Source: Clostridia bacterium (GTDB lineage Bacteria > Bacillota > Clostridia > Oscillospirales > Butyricicoccaceae). From it: a stretch of 64,000 nt of DNA. The position numbers and the translations under genes were made by a program. Every line of letters starts with the position of its first letter. Position 1 is the stretch's first letter. Location: positions 1,083 to 65,082 of the forward strand of contig JAFQUM010000022.1 in assembly GCA_017408485.1 (NCBI GenBank), given 5' to 3'. Under the pieces are notes generated by a model. The model saw only the letters and a list, made by a program, of their open reading frames with translations. It had not been told where the DNA came from and did not search any database. This document shows, piece after piece, positions 28,601-38,400 of this stretch.

Positions 28601-29218
28601 TGGGCATACGACATCGGTTACGGCGGACTTGATCACGTTCTCGCTAGCGGCGAAGACGTCAACATCTTCGTATTTGATACCGAGGTTTACTCCAACACCG
28701 GTGGACAGGCTTCCAAGTCCTCCAACATCGGTCAGGTTGCTAAGTTCGCAGCAGCAGGTAAGGCAATCGCTAAGAAGGATCTGGCAGGCATCGCTATGAC
28801 TTACGGCTACGTTTACGTTGCATCCGTAGGTATGGGCGCAAATCAGGCTCAGACCGTCAAGGCTATCGTTGAAGCTGAAAGCTACGAAGGACCCTCTCTC
28901 ATCATCGGTTACGCTCCCTGCGAGATGCACGGTGTTAAGGGCGGTATGTCCAACTCTCAGGCTGAGATCAAGAAGGCTGTTGAAGCAGGCTACTGGAACC
29001 TCTACCGTTACGATCCCAGAAAGGTTTCCGATACCGACAACGGCTTTACCCTTGACAGCAAGGCTCCCACAGGAGATTATCAGGAGTTCATTAAGAACGA
29101 AGTTCGTTACGCATCTCTTACCAAGACCTTCCCCGGCAGAGCAGCAGAGCTGTTCGAAAAGGCAGAAGAGAACGCTAAGAAGCGTTACGCAAAGCTCTCC
29201 AAGATGGGCGAGAAATAA
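25697..29218 (+). CDS. nifJ: pyruvate:ferredoxin (flavodoxin) oxidoreductase
   Basis: 1173 aa. Canonical PFOR N-terminus ([27 protein letters not shown]), two 4Fe-4S motifs ([25 protein letters not shown]) and a TPP domain ([16 protein letters not shown]). Confidence 0.95.
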   Translation: [1173 protein letters not shown]

Positions 29219-29243
29219 GTTAATAAGTTAACTTAAATAAATC

Positions 29244-29279
29244 AGGCTCTCACCGAAAAATCGGTGAGAGCCTTTTTTG
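29244..29279 (+). terminator. PFOR terminator
   Basis: AGGCTCTCACCGA-aaaa-TCGGTGAGAGCCT followed by TTTTTT. Confidence 0.8.
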
Positions 29280-29358
29280 TGATTTTATCACGGAAGAATA
29301 CATATTTTTGGTATATCCTATAATCACAAGATAAAAAAGTTTGGAGGATATATTTATT

Positions 29359-30105
29359 ATGAAGCTGAAGGATAAAGTTGCTGTTATAACCGGCGGAAGC
29401 CGCGGAATAGGCTTTGCCACCGCCGACAAGTTTTTACAGGAGGGCGCTACTGTTATAATCACCGCAAGCTCTCAAGAATCGGCAGACAAGGCAGTCGCCA
29501 AGCTTAAGGAAAAGCATCCCGATTCCATTGTAGTTGGCATAAGTCCCAACCTTGCCGACATTAAATCGGTTCGTAAGGAGTTTTTGGAGACTACTGCTCG
29601 CTATGGTTGCTTTGACATTTTGGTCAACAATGCGGGTATTTCTGAAAGCACTCCATTTACGGAATACACCGAGGAAACCTTTGACAAGGTCATTGACCTC
29701 AACCTGAAGGGCGTGTTCAATACCACCCGTGTTGCTGCAGATTGCATGATAGCGCGAGGCTCGGGAGTTATTCTTTCCACATCCTCAATGGTTTCCATTA
29801 CAGGTCAGCCAAGCGGCTTTGCCTATCCCGCATCAAAGTTTGCGGTCAACGGACTTACCGTGTCACTTGCCCGTGAGTTAGGTCCCAAGGGAATCCGCGT
29901 AAATGCAGTAGCCCCCGGAATTATTGAGACCGATATGATGAAGGCTGTACCCAAGGAGGTCATCGAGCCCCTTATCAAGAATATCCCCCTTCGCCGTCTC
30001 GGTCAGCCCGAGGATATAGCAAATGCATTTGCATTCCTTGCATCCGATGAGGCATCATACATCAATGGTGTAGTCCTCTCGGTAGACGGAATGGCAAGAA
30101 CGTAA
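29359..30105 (+). CDS. SDR family oxidoreductase (FabG-like 3-oxoacyl reductase)
   Basis: KVAVITGGSRGIGFA, NNAG, S...YPASK. ATG at 29359 follows GGAGG. Confidence 0.8.
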   Translation: MKLKDKVAVITGGSRGIGFATADKFLQEGATVIITASSQESADKAVAKLKEKHPDSIVVGISPNLADIKSVRKEFLETTARYGCFDILVNNAGISESTPFTEYTEETFDKVIDLNLKGVFNTTRVAADCMIARGSGVILSTSSMVSITGQPSGFAYPASKFAVNGLTVSLARELGPKGIRVNAVAPGIIETDMMKAVPKEVIEPLIKNIPLRRLGQPEDIANAFAFLASDEASYINGVVLSVDGMART

Positions 30106-30118
30106 AAAAGGATATCAA

Positions 30119-30146
30119 AAAGGACAGAGTTGATTCTCTGTCCTTA
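30119..30146. terminator. bidirectional terminator between convergent genes
   Basis: AAGGACAGAG-ttgatt-CTCTGTCCTT. Confidence 0.6.
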
Positions 30147-30149
30147 GTT

Positions 30150-30896
30150 TTATCCTAGCAATACATCGGTTATGAGCATTACGCAAAAGCCAACAAGCAA
30201 GGCGTAGGTCGCTCCCTGTTGCTCACCGTGGGCGTGGGTCTCGGGAATCATTTCATCGCTGATGACATAGAGCATGGTTCCGCCCGCAAAAGCAAGTGCA
30301 AAGGGCAGAATTGCCGAAGCCAGACTTACGGCAAAATAGCCTATCAGTGTTCCCAACACTTCTACAAGTCCCGTAATGAGAGCGCAGACAAAGGTCTTTT
30401 TTGGAGTCACTCCCGCTGCAAGCATAGGTCCGATTATAACCATACCCTCGGGGATATTCTGCAACGCGATACCGCCCGCAATGATAAGCGCCTGTGAGGT
30501 ATTTCCCGAGCCAAAGCCAACACCTGCCGCGATGCCTTCAGGTAAATTGTGAATAGCGATCGCCATAACGAATAAAAGCACCTTACTGAGATCTGCATTA
30601 TGGTGTTTCTCACTGTCATCACCCACAAGCCTATGCAGATGGGGAACCAATTTGTCGGTCAGGTTAAGGCACAACGCACCTGCAAAAATGCCCACCACCG
30701 TGATCAACACATTGTTTCCGTATTCAATTGACGGTAATATAAGTCCCAACACCGCTGCCGCAAGCATAACACCTGCCGCAAAGGACAGAACTATGTCCGA
30801 AAACTTATGGGACAGCTTTTTAAATGCAAAGCCGAGGACTGCACCGAAAACGGTTGCTCCGCCCACGCCCAATGCGGTCAATAATACTGCTTCCAT
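30150..30896 (-). CDS. ZIP family metal transporter (ZupT-like)
   Basis: 248 aa and polytopic. Contains the HNLPEG...QNIPEG motifs typical of ZIP/ZupT. Confidence 0.8.
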   Translation of the reverse strand: MEAVLLTALGVGGATVFGAVLGFAFKKLSHKFSDIVLSFAAGVMLAAAVLGLILPSIEYGNNVLITVVGIFAGALCLNLTDKLVPHLHRLVGDDSEKHHNADLSKVLLFVMAIAIHNLPEGIAAGVGFGSGNTSQALIIAGGIALQNIPEGMVIIGPMLAAGVTPKKTFVCALITGLVEVLGTLIGYFAVSLASAILPFALAFAGGTMLYVISDEMIPETHAHGEQQGATYALLVGFCVMLITDVLLG

Positions 30897-30905
30897 TTTT
30901 CTCCT

Positions 30906-31562
30906 TTACTCGCAAAGGTCACGCAGCTTGCCCTCGTCGGTTATTTCAACAGTACCTCGGGTAAGCTTGACCATTCCTTCACTTTGGAAGTATTTGAGCA
31001 TACGGGTGACCACCTCGCGGGCAGTGCCCATATGATTGCCTATCTTTTCGTGGGTAATGGGAAGAATATTGCTTCCCTCAACTGCCGATTCTTCAAGCAG
31101 AAAGGCGGCAAGGCGCTTGTCTATGCTCTTCCACATTATCTGCTCAACAAGCCACATAAGATCGGAAAAGCTGCCGCTGATAAGCTTATTTGAATAGCTC
31201 ATGACCGGCATTGATTCATCCATAAGATTTTTATACAAACATGCGGGAATTATACATATCTCGCTGTCTTTTTCTGCCTCGACCACAATATTGAACTGCA
31301 TACTGGGCATTACGCAGGATGCAGAGAAAAAGCAGATGTCATACTCAAAAAAACGGCTGATGGTGACTTCTCTGCCCTCATCGGAAAGTATATATGCTCT
31401 TATCTGTCCTGAGCAAACAAGCACAAGACCGAGGCAATCTATATTACCATTATATAATATGGTTCCCTTGCTTACCTTTCTTGTCTCTGATGCGGACTCG
31501 ATGTGCGCTTTTTGCTGACTTGACAGTTCATTCCAAATGGGTAGATAATCGGCAAAGTTCAC
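30906..31562 (-). CDS. Crp/Fnr family transcriptional regulator
   Basis: cNMP-binding fold plus a C-terminal HTH (THEKIGNHMGTAREVVTRMLKYF). I prefer the GTG start at 31562, which follows AGAGGTGA. The tracked start at 31622 adds 20 atypical residues. Confidence 0.75.
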   Translation of the reverse strand: MNFADYLPIWNELSSQQKAHIESASETRKVSKGTILYNGNIDCLGLVLVCSGQIRAYILSDEGREVTISRFFEYDICFFSASCVMPSMQFNIVVEAEKDSEICIIPACLYKNLMDESMPVMSYSNKLISGSFSDLMWLVEQIMWKSIDKRLAAFLLEESAVEGSNILPITHEKIGNHMGTAREVVTRMLKYFQSEGMVKLTRGTVEITDEGKLRDLCE

Positions 31563-31627
31563 TTTTATCACCTCTTTCAATTCAAGTATATTCCAACTTA
31601 AAAAAACTGTCAATATTTTCATTTTTA

Positions 31628-31642
31628 TGTGAGAAAGTCACA
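31628..31642. promoter_or_regulatory. TGTGA-N5-TCACA palindrome, candidate Crp/Fnr-family operator
   Basis: TGTGAGAAAGTCACA lies in the divergent intergenic region, ~80 nt upstream of the rubrerythrin ATG. Confidence 0.4.
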
Positions 31643-31722
31643 GAACTTTATATTTTTATGATGTATTATGTAACCACAAAAGAAAAACAAATTAAAAATC
31701 AAAATAAACGGAGGACACAAAA

Positions 31723-32265
31723 ATGTCAAAAAATATCTATGCAGGAACCAAGACCGAAAAGAACCTTTGGGAAGCTTTCGCAGGCGAATCCCAGGCAAGA
31801 AACAAGTACACCTATTTTGCATCTGTTGCAAAGAAGGCAGGCTACGAGCAGATCGCTGAGTTCTTCCTTAAGACTGCCGAAAACGAAAAAGAGCACGCAA
31901 AGCTTTGGTTCAAGGCTCTTGGTGAGCTTGGCAACACTGCTGAAAACCTGCTTGCCGCCGCGGAAGGCGAAAACGGTGAATGGACCGATATGTATGACCG
32001 TATGGCTAAAGATGCTGAGGAAGAAGGCTTCCTTGATCTTGCAGCTCAGTTCAGAGGCGTAGCCGCTATTGAGAAGACCCACGAAGAGCGTTATCGTGCT
32101 CTGCTTGCCAATGTAGAAACCGGCAAGGTCTTTGAAAAGGAAGGCGTCGTTCTTTGGGAATGCCGCAACTGCGGACATCAGGTCAGCGGCGACAAGGCTC
32201 CCGAGGTCTGCCCCGTATGTCATCACCCCAAGGCATATTTCGAAGTCCATAAAAAGAATTATTAA
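31723..32265 (+). CDS. rbr: rubrerythrin
   Basis: 180 aa. Ferritin-like diiron domain ([26 protein letters not shown]) plus a C-terminal rubredoxin-like region (CRNCGH...CPVCHHP). Confidence 0.92.
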   Translation: MSKNIYAGTKTEKNLWEAFAGESQARNKYTYFASVAKKAGYEQIAEFFLKTAENEKEHAKLWFKALGELGNTAENLLAAAEGENGEWTDMYDRMAKDAEEEGFLDLAAQFRGVAAIEKTHEERYRALLANVETGKVFEKEGVVLWECRNCGHQVSGDKAPEVCPVCHHPKAYFEVHKKNY

Positions 32266-32349
32266 GCCATCTTCACAGATCCTTCTTTCTGTTTATGTGT
32301 TTTATCCCCGCAACCAAACGACTCGCCATCTCGGCGGGTCGTTTTTTTA

Positions 32350-32379
32350 TTGACACTGTATCTTTGTCTATATTATAAT
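32350..32379 (+). promoter_or_regulatory. sigma-A type promoter of the first M14 lipoprotein gene
   Basis: TTGACA, 18-nt spacer, TATAAT. Confidence 0.5.
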
Positions 32380-32431
32380 ATGGGTATATTTAGATTATTG
32401 ATTTAAACTGATAAATATAGGGGGATGAAAT

Positions 32432-35335
32432 ATGAGTTTAAAAAGGTTTTCAGCGCTTATCTTGGCGCTTTTGATGATCATATCTGCCTTTGCAGGCTGT
32501 GCGGAAGCTCCCGCCACACCCGATGCTCCCGTTGACGAACCCGATCAGCCTCAGGAGCCAATTACGCCCGATGAACCCGAAACTCCCACTGAGCCTGAAA
32601 AACCTTCCGAGCCCGAAAAACCTTCCGAGCCCGAAAATCCCACTGAGCCTGAGAAGCCCTCTGAGCCTGAGCTGCCACCTCATACTCACACGTGGGACGA
32701 AGGCATAATCACAAAAGAACCCAACTGCGGTGAAAAGGGCGTAAAGACTTTTTCTTGTGATTGCGGCGAAACCAAGACAGAAGACGTTCCCACCATGGGC
32801 GATCACACTTGGGATATGGGCATTATAGAAGGCACTGTAAAAACCTACACCTGCACAGTTTGTCACGGCATAAAGACTGAAACGGTTACCATTCCCGTTC
32901 AGCCTGTCGGAGAATCTTATATTGTAGTCGCAAACGACAGATGGTCGGTTCTTACTACCGGTAAGTTTTCAGACGATTCATCTTCCAAGGTAACCAATGG
33001 TCTTGACGGAGTTCAATATAACAGATACAACTATACCTCGGTGGAGACCCTTGCGGAAGACGGCAATATTCTTGCAGTTAAGAAGAGTGATATGGCCGCT
33101 TACCTTTCCGGCAAACTTGAAAGCGATAAGATCCTCTCCGTTTCTCAAGCCGACGGCAAGGGAGAGCTTATAGGTACGGAAATAATTATTGAGCTTGACG
33201 GAAACAATGTAAAAAGTGTACTCTCTTCGGGAAAATCTGTTGTAGGTGACCTTGAAATAACCGAAAAAGGCGGAAAATACACTGTTAAAATAGGCGATAA
33301 GGTTTATTTGGAAAACGCCGATAAAAACACACAGCTTGCCCCTGCAGTCTATGCTTATGCATATAACAGCCTTGCATATTTTTCATCCCTTAATAAGATA
33401 CGAGTTTTCGTTAAGCCTTATAATTTTGTAGACCTTAACAAAATATATTCCAATGATAGCCACAGCATTTCCGATATAGGTAATTTCTATAACGAGCTTT
33501 ATAACCTGCGCAGAGTAATGCATCAGGTGGTCGGATACGACTGGGATTACGACGGTAAAATAGATATGGTCATCGTCAATGACGGTACTGTTGTCAAGGT
33601 TGGCAAGATCAACGAGGCAGAAACCGTCCTTCGTTCCAACGGCACAAATGCAGGCTATTGCGGACACGGTTGGTGCATAGGCGCTACCCTCAGAGTAGAC
33701 AATGTTACCTTTAATCACACCCCCGTTATTGAAGAGCACGTACTTGCTTACGGTGATTATAAAACGGGTCGTATTACTGTTAACGACGTAACCGAAATAA
33801 CCGGCAAACTTACCGCTATTGATTGGGATAAAGGCACCTGCGTGATCGACGGCAAGTCCTATGAAATCTGTATTGGCGGTGAAACTCCTTACGGATACAG
33901 TGCAAATCCCTATCGTTGGGAAAGCAAGAACCTTGACGAAGAGTTGCTGGGCAACAAAGTAAAGGTATACACCGACGGAAAGTATATCGTTCATTTTGTT
34001 GAAGAAGCCCTTGAAAAAGCGATTCCTCTTGCCGATGACAGTGAGTTTGTACAGAAGAATATCTTTACCGCTGATCTCTATCAAAAGGGCATCAAGTATG
34101 AAAGATACTCTGCAACAGAATATAGGATCACCTTTGATTCCAAGCTTGACAGCTATGCAATAGTTGTGCCTGTAACCTTGGGTAAATGCTACGAGGTTCG
34201 TTTCAATACTCTTCCCGAAAAACTGGGTGTAGTACGCATAACCGTTGATCCGTATAATCAAAAGGACGGAAATTATTACAACACAAAGAATAATATCCTT
34301 TGCCTCAGCGGCGCGCCGAAAAGCAGTAGCGAGAGCAACTTTATGCACGTTCCTCAGCGGGATGAATATATGGTAATCGTCACGGGCAACAAGCTTGACG
34401 ATGTATTTATCGGTGAGCAGACCATAGTGGCTGAGGGACAGAGCAAAATCGATTGGTGGGTCCCTGCAGAGCAAGGCAGTATCAAGCGCGGTGACAGTAA
34501 CCTGATGGGCGATATCGATTGGACAAGTGAAGAGTTCATCGATAATATGTATGAGCCGGTTAGGGCAGCGCATCCCGAATACATAACCCGCAATATGATC
34601 GGTAAGGATCAATCGGGTCAGTATAATATGTATAGCTATGTATATACCCCCGAAAACTACAAGACCACCTTCCTGCTTGCCAGCGGCATACACGGAAATG
34701 AAGAGCCTTCCTATTTTGCCCTTGCAAAACTGATGGAGCTTATTGCAAACTCCACCGAAGAAGACAAGCATCTGTACTTCTTAAAGCAGAATGTCCGATT
34801 CGTTGTTATCCCCCTTATGAATCCTTGGTCGGTATCACAGGATAAGAATATACGGCAAAACTCCACGGGAACAGATATGAACCGCGACTTTCCCAATCTT
34901 ACTCAGGCTGAGACGCAGAATATTATGAACGAGTTCAGAAAATATGCGGACGAGGCCACTTTGCTCATAGACTTCCACTGTGCAAGCAACACAAAGACAT
35001 CGGATCTGTATTATAACTTTGCAATTCAGGCAGACAACTCGCATATCATATTCCGCACACTGAATCAGCTTCATCACAGACAGAAGGAACTTGGATACGT
35101 TGAAAAGCTTCAAGCTATGGCACAGGTTCCCGGTGTTTATATTAAGACGAACACCACTCTTCAGGGCAGAGCGTATAACGAGTTTGGTATATCCACAATA
35201 ACCGCCGAGCATTTTATGGAAACTACCGGCTTCCCCGATGGCTTTACCGCAAAGGGTATGACACACGCTGTTGAGGCATTCGGAAATATGATAATCCAGA
35301 ATGCATATTACTATGTAGAAAAAGCAAGTAAATAA
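32432..35335 (+). CDS. large lipoprotein with C-terminal M14 zinc carboxypeptidase domain (paralog 1)
   Basis: 967 aa. Lipobox (SAFAGC), (EPEKPS)n linker, His/Cys module (HTHTWDEG...CGEKG...CDCG...CTVCHG), ~550 aa I cannot assign, then M14 motifs (SGIHGNEEPS, NPW, DMNRDF, DFHC). Confidence 0.75.
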   Translation: MSLKRFSALILALLMIISAFAGCAEAPATPDAPVDEPDQPQEPITPDEPETPTEPEKPSEPEKPSEPENPTEPEKPSEPELPPHTHTWDEGIITKEPNCGEKGVKTFSCDCGETKTEDVPTMGDHTWDMGIIEGTVKTYTCTVCHGIKTETVTIPVQPVGESYIVVANDRWSVLTTGKFSDDSSSKVTNGLDGVQYNRYNYTSVETLAEDGNILAVKKSDMAAYLSGKLESDKILSVSQADGKGELIGTEIIIELDGNNVKSVLSSGKSVVGDLEITEKGGKYTVKIGDKVYLENADKNTQLAPAVYAYAYNSLAYFSSLNKIRVFVKPYNFVDLNKIYSNDSHSISDIGNFYNELYNLRRVMHQVVGYDWDYDGKIDMVIVNDGTVVKVGKINEAETVLRSNGTNAGYCGHGWCIGATLRVDNVTFNHTPVIEEHVLAYGDYKTGRITVNDVTEITGKLTAIDWDKGTCVIDGKSYEICIGGETPYGYSANPYRWESKNLDEELLGNKVKVYTDGKYIVHFVEEALEKAIPLADDSEFVQKNIFTADLYQKGIKYERYSATEYRITFDSKLDSYAIVVPVTLGKCYEVRFNTLPEKLGVVRITVDPYNQKDGNYYNTKNNILCLSGAPKSSSESNFMHVPQRDEYMVIVTGNKLDDVFIGEQTIVAEGQSKIDWWVPAEQGSIKRGDSNLMGDIDWTSEEFIDNMYEPVRAAHPEYITRNMIGKDQSGQYNMYSYVYTPENYKTTFLLASGIHGNEEPSYFALAKLMELIANSTEEDKHLYFLKQNVRFVVIPLMNPWSVSQDKNIRQNSTGTDMNRDFPNLTQAETQNIMNEFRKYADEATLLIDFHCASNTKTSDLYYNFAIQADNSHIIFRTLNQLHHRQKELGYVEKLQAMAQVPGVYIKTNTTLQGRAYNEFGISTITAEHFMETTGFPDGFTAKGMTHAVEAFGNMIIQNAYYYVEKASK
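32573..32680 (+). repeat. 6 x 18-bp imperfect tandem repeat encoding the (E-P-E-K-P-S) linker
   Basis: Read directly from the sequence. Confidence 0.8.
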
Positions 35336-35344
35336 TCAGCAAAA

Positions 35345-35373
35345 AAGAGGCGTTCTATATGGCGCCTCTTTTT
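35345..35373 (+). terminator. terminator between the two M14 paralogs
   Basis: AGAGGCG-ttctatatg-CGCCTCT followed by TTTT. Confidence 0.6.
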
Positions 35374-35454
35374 GTATCCTTTTGTTGATTGACATACTAA
35401 TCTTAATACTATAATATAACGATATAAAAATATCATGTTTAAGGGGGATTCCTT

Positions 35455-38400
35455 ATGCGGATAAAACATATTTTGGCATTAATGCTTTCTTTTATTATTT
35501 TTATATCGGCCTTTGCGGGTTGTGCGGAGCAAACTGCTCAGCCCATTAAACCGGATGCTCCCATTGACACACCCGATGAGCCCGACACTCCGGATGAGCC
35601 TGACACACCGGACGAGCCCGTCACACCCGATGAACCGAGCAATCCCGACGAGCCTGACACTCCTGACGAGCCTGACACACCAGACGAGCCCGTCACTCCC
35701 GATGAGCCTGACACTCCCGATGAGCCTGACACTCCCGATGAGCCTGACACTCCCGATGAGCCTGACACTCCCGACGAGCCTGACACTCCCGACGAGCCTG
35801 ACACTCCCGACGAGCCCGTCACACCGCCCCACACCCATCAATGGGATAACGGCAAGGTCACAAAAGAGGCTACCTGTGGAAGCGAAGGAGTCAAGACCTT
35901 CACCTGCGATTGCGGAGATACCAAGACGGAAGCGATCTCAATATCCACTGAGCATAGTTGGAGCACTGGAGTGATAGATGGAGCTTTTAAGCTTTATATC
36001 TGTTCAGTATGTCAAGCTACAAGATATGAAGAGTTGCCACTTCCTGCAGGTGAGCCTTATATAGTAGTTGCCAACCACAGATGGTCGGTTGTTTCCACAG
36101 GTGAACTTGGGGATAATGATGGATCTGTCACTGTTGGTCTTGACGGCATAACCTATGATCGTTTCACCTATAAAGCTGTACAAACCCTTGCCGAAGAGGG
36201 ACATATACTTGCCGTAAAAAAGAGTGATATTGCGGACTATATGGCAGGCAAGCTTGATGATAGCAAGACGCTCTCCCTGGCTTATGCAGATGAAAAAAGC
36301 GAGCTGATAGGCACCGAAATATATATTGAGTTCGATGGGGACAAGGTGAAAAATATTGCCACACCAAAACTATCTGTTGTCGGCAAACTTAATATAACTG
36401 AAAACGGTGGTAAATACACCGTCAAAGTGGGCAACAAGATCTATTTTGAAAACGCAGATGGATCAAATATCCTTGCTTCTAAGCTCTATTCATATGCTTA
36501 CACCTCAATGGCATATTTTTCAGCAATAAATAAGCTTCGCGTGTTTATCAAACCCGCTTCCTTTGTTGATCTGAACATGATCTATTCCAACGCTGCTCAC
36601 AATGTTTCAGAGATAGGAACCTTTTACAACGAGTTCTATGCGTTGAGACGCACTAACCATCAAGTCACAGGTTATGACTGGGATCACGACGGAAAGCTTG
36701 ATATGGTTATCCTCAACGATGGTACCACCGCTAAGGTGGAAGATATTAATGATGCAACTATCGGCTTGGGTGTTAACGGTACCAATGCGGGATATTGCGG
36801 TCACGGCTATTGTACTCATACCACTTACAAGATAAACGACATAACTCTTAACTGTACTCCAATAGCCGCTGACATCGTTATGGCATATGGCGACTACAAA
36901 ACGGGACAAATTACAGTTGAGGCTTTGACAGAAGTCGCAGGAATACTGACCGCTATCGATTGGGATAAGGGCACTTGCGTAATAGATGGCATTACCTATG
37001 AGATCTGCATCGGCGGCGAGACCCCCTACGGATATGCAGCGAATAAATATCGTTGGGCAAGCAAGAATCTTGATGAGGAGCTTTTGGACAACAAGATAAA
37101 AGTCCTCACAGACGGAAAATTTATTGTCCGATTTGTTGAAACTGCAGTTGAAAAGATTATTCCCCTTGCCGATGACAGCGAGTTCTACCAAAAGAACATC
37201 TTTACCACCGAGCTGTACCACAAGGGTATAACCTACACTCAGACAACACCCTCTTATTATACTGCAACCTTTAACTCCAAGCTCGACAGCTATGCAATTA
37301 TCCTTCCCGTAACCTTGGGTAAGCTTTACGAGGTGCGTTTTGATACACTTCCCGAGTCACTTGGTGTCTTCCGTGTCAACTATGATCCATCTCTGCAGAT
37401 CGACGGAACGAGCTGTACTATTAACAGCAATGTTCGTTTCCTTAAAACTCCCCCTGTAAAAACCCTTGATACGGACTTTATGCATATCCCACAACAGGAT
37501 GAATACCTTGTTATCGTTACGGGCAATAAGCTTGATGATGTATACATTGGTGAACAGACCATAGTTGCCGAGGGTGAAAGCAATATTGATTGGTGGATAC
37601 CCGAAGAGCAAGGCAGCATCAGGCGGGGCGACAGTAACCTGATGGGCGATATTGACTGGACAAGCGAAGAGTTCATAGATAATATGTACGAGCCGGTGCG
37701 TAAGGCGCATCCCGAATATATAACCCGCAATGTTATAGGCAAAGATCAGTCGGGTCAGTATAATATGTACAGCTATATTTATACACCCGAAAATTACAAG
37801 GTGACCTTCCTGCTTGCCAGCGGCATTCACGCAGATGAGGAAGCATCATATTTTGCTCTTGCACGAATAATGAACCTTATTGCCAACGCAACGGAAGAGG
37901 ATACACATCTGTATTTCTTAAGACAAAATGTGCGGTTTGTAGTCATTCCCCTTATGAATCCTTGGGGCGTTTCACAAGCAAAAAACACAAGAACAAACTC
38001 TGCGGGCATCGACTTAAATCGTGATTTCTTCGATATGAGTCAACAGGAGTCCAACAATATTATTGCAGAGTTCGAAAAATATGCAGATAGCGCCTCTATG
38101 CTTATAGATTTCCATTGCTCAGGCGATAAGGGTAAGAATGATATGTTCTATAATTTCCCCATTCAGGAACCCAACGCGCCCATTATATTCCGCACACTCA
38201 ACCAGCTACACCACAGACAGAAGGAGCTCGGCTATGTTGAAAAGCTTCAAGCTATAGATTGTATCCCCGGACCTTATTTGTGGACAGGAAGCCGAAATGT
38301 CGATACTAAGGGATACGTCTATTTGGGTGTGCCGTCTATGACCGCAGAACATTTCCTATATGGACTCAACTTCCCTGCCGCATATTCTGCAAAGAGTATG

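Noticed and set aside
25667-28930. 1087-aa ORF on the minus strand, antisense to the PFOR gene
   Set aside because: It is a shadow ORF. The plus strand encodes a full-length, motif-perfect PFOR. The antisense product is low-complexity (G/S/V/L/C-rich) with no recognisable domains or RBS.
33383-34771. 462-aa minus-strand ORF inside M14 paralog 1, and similar ORFs at 36607..37221 and 37357..37830 in paralog 2
   Set aside because: They lie antisense to well-supported genes and show no motifs. Long antisense frames like these are typical of biased-composition coding DNA.
35479-35841. Minus-strand ORFs translating the 18-bp repeats as (GSSGVS)n / (VRLIGS)n
   Set aside because: They are repeat-induced open frames on the wrong strand. 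The plus-strand frame is continuous with the lipoprotein signal peptide and the M14 domain.
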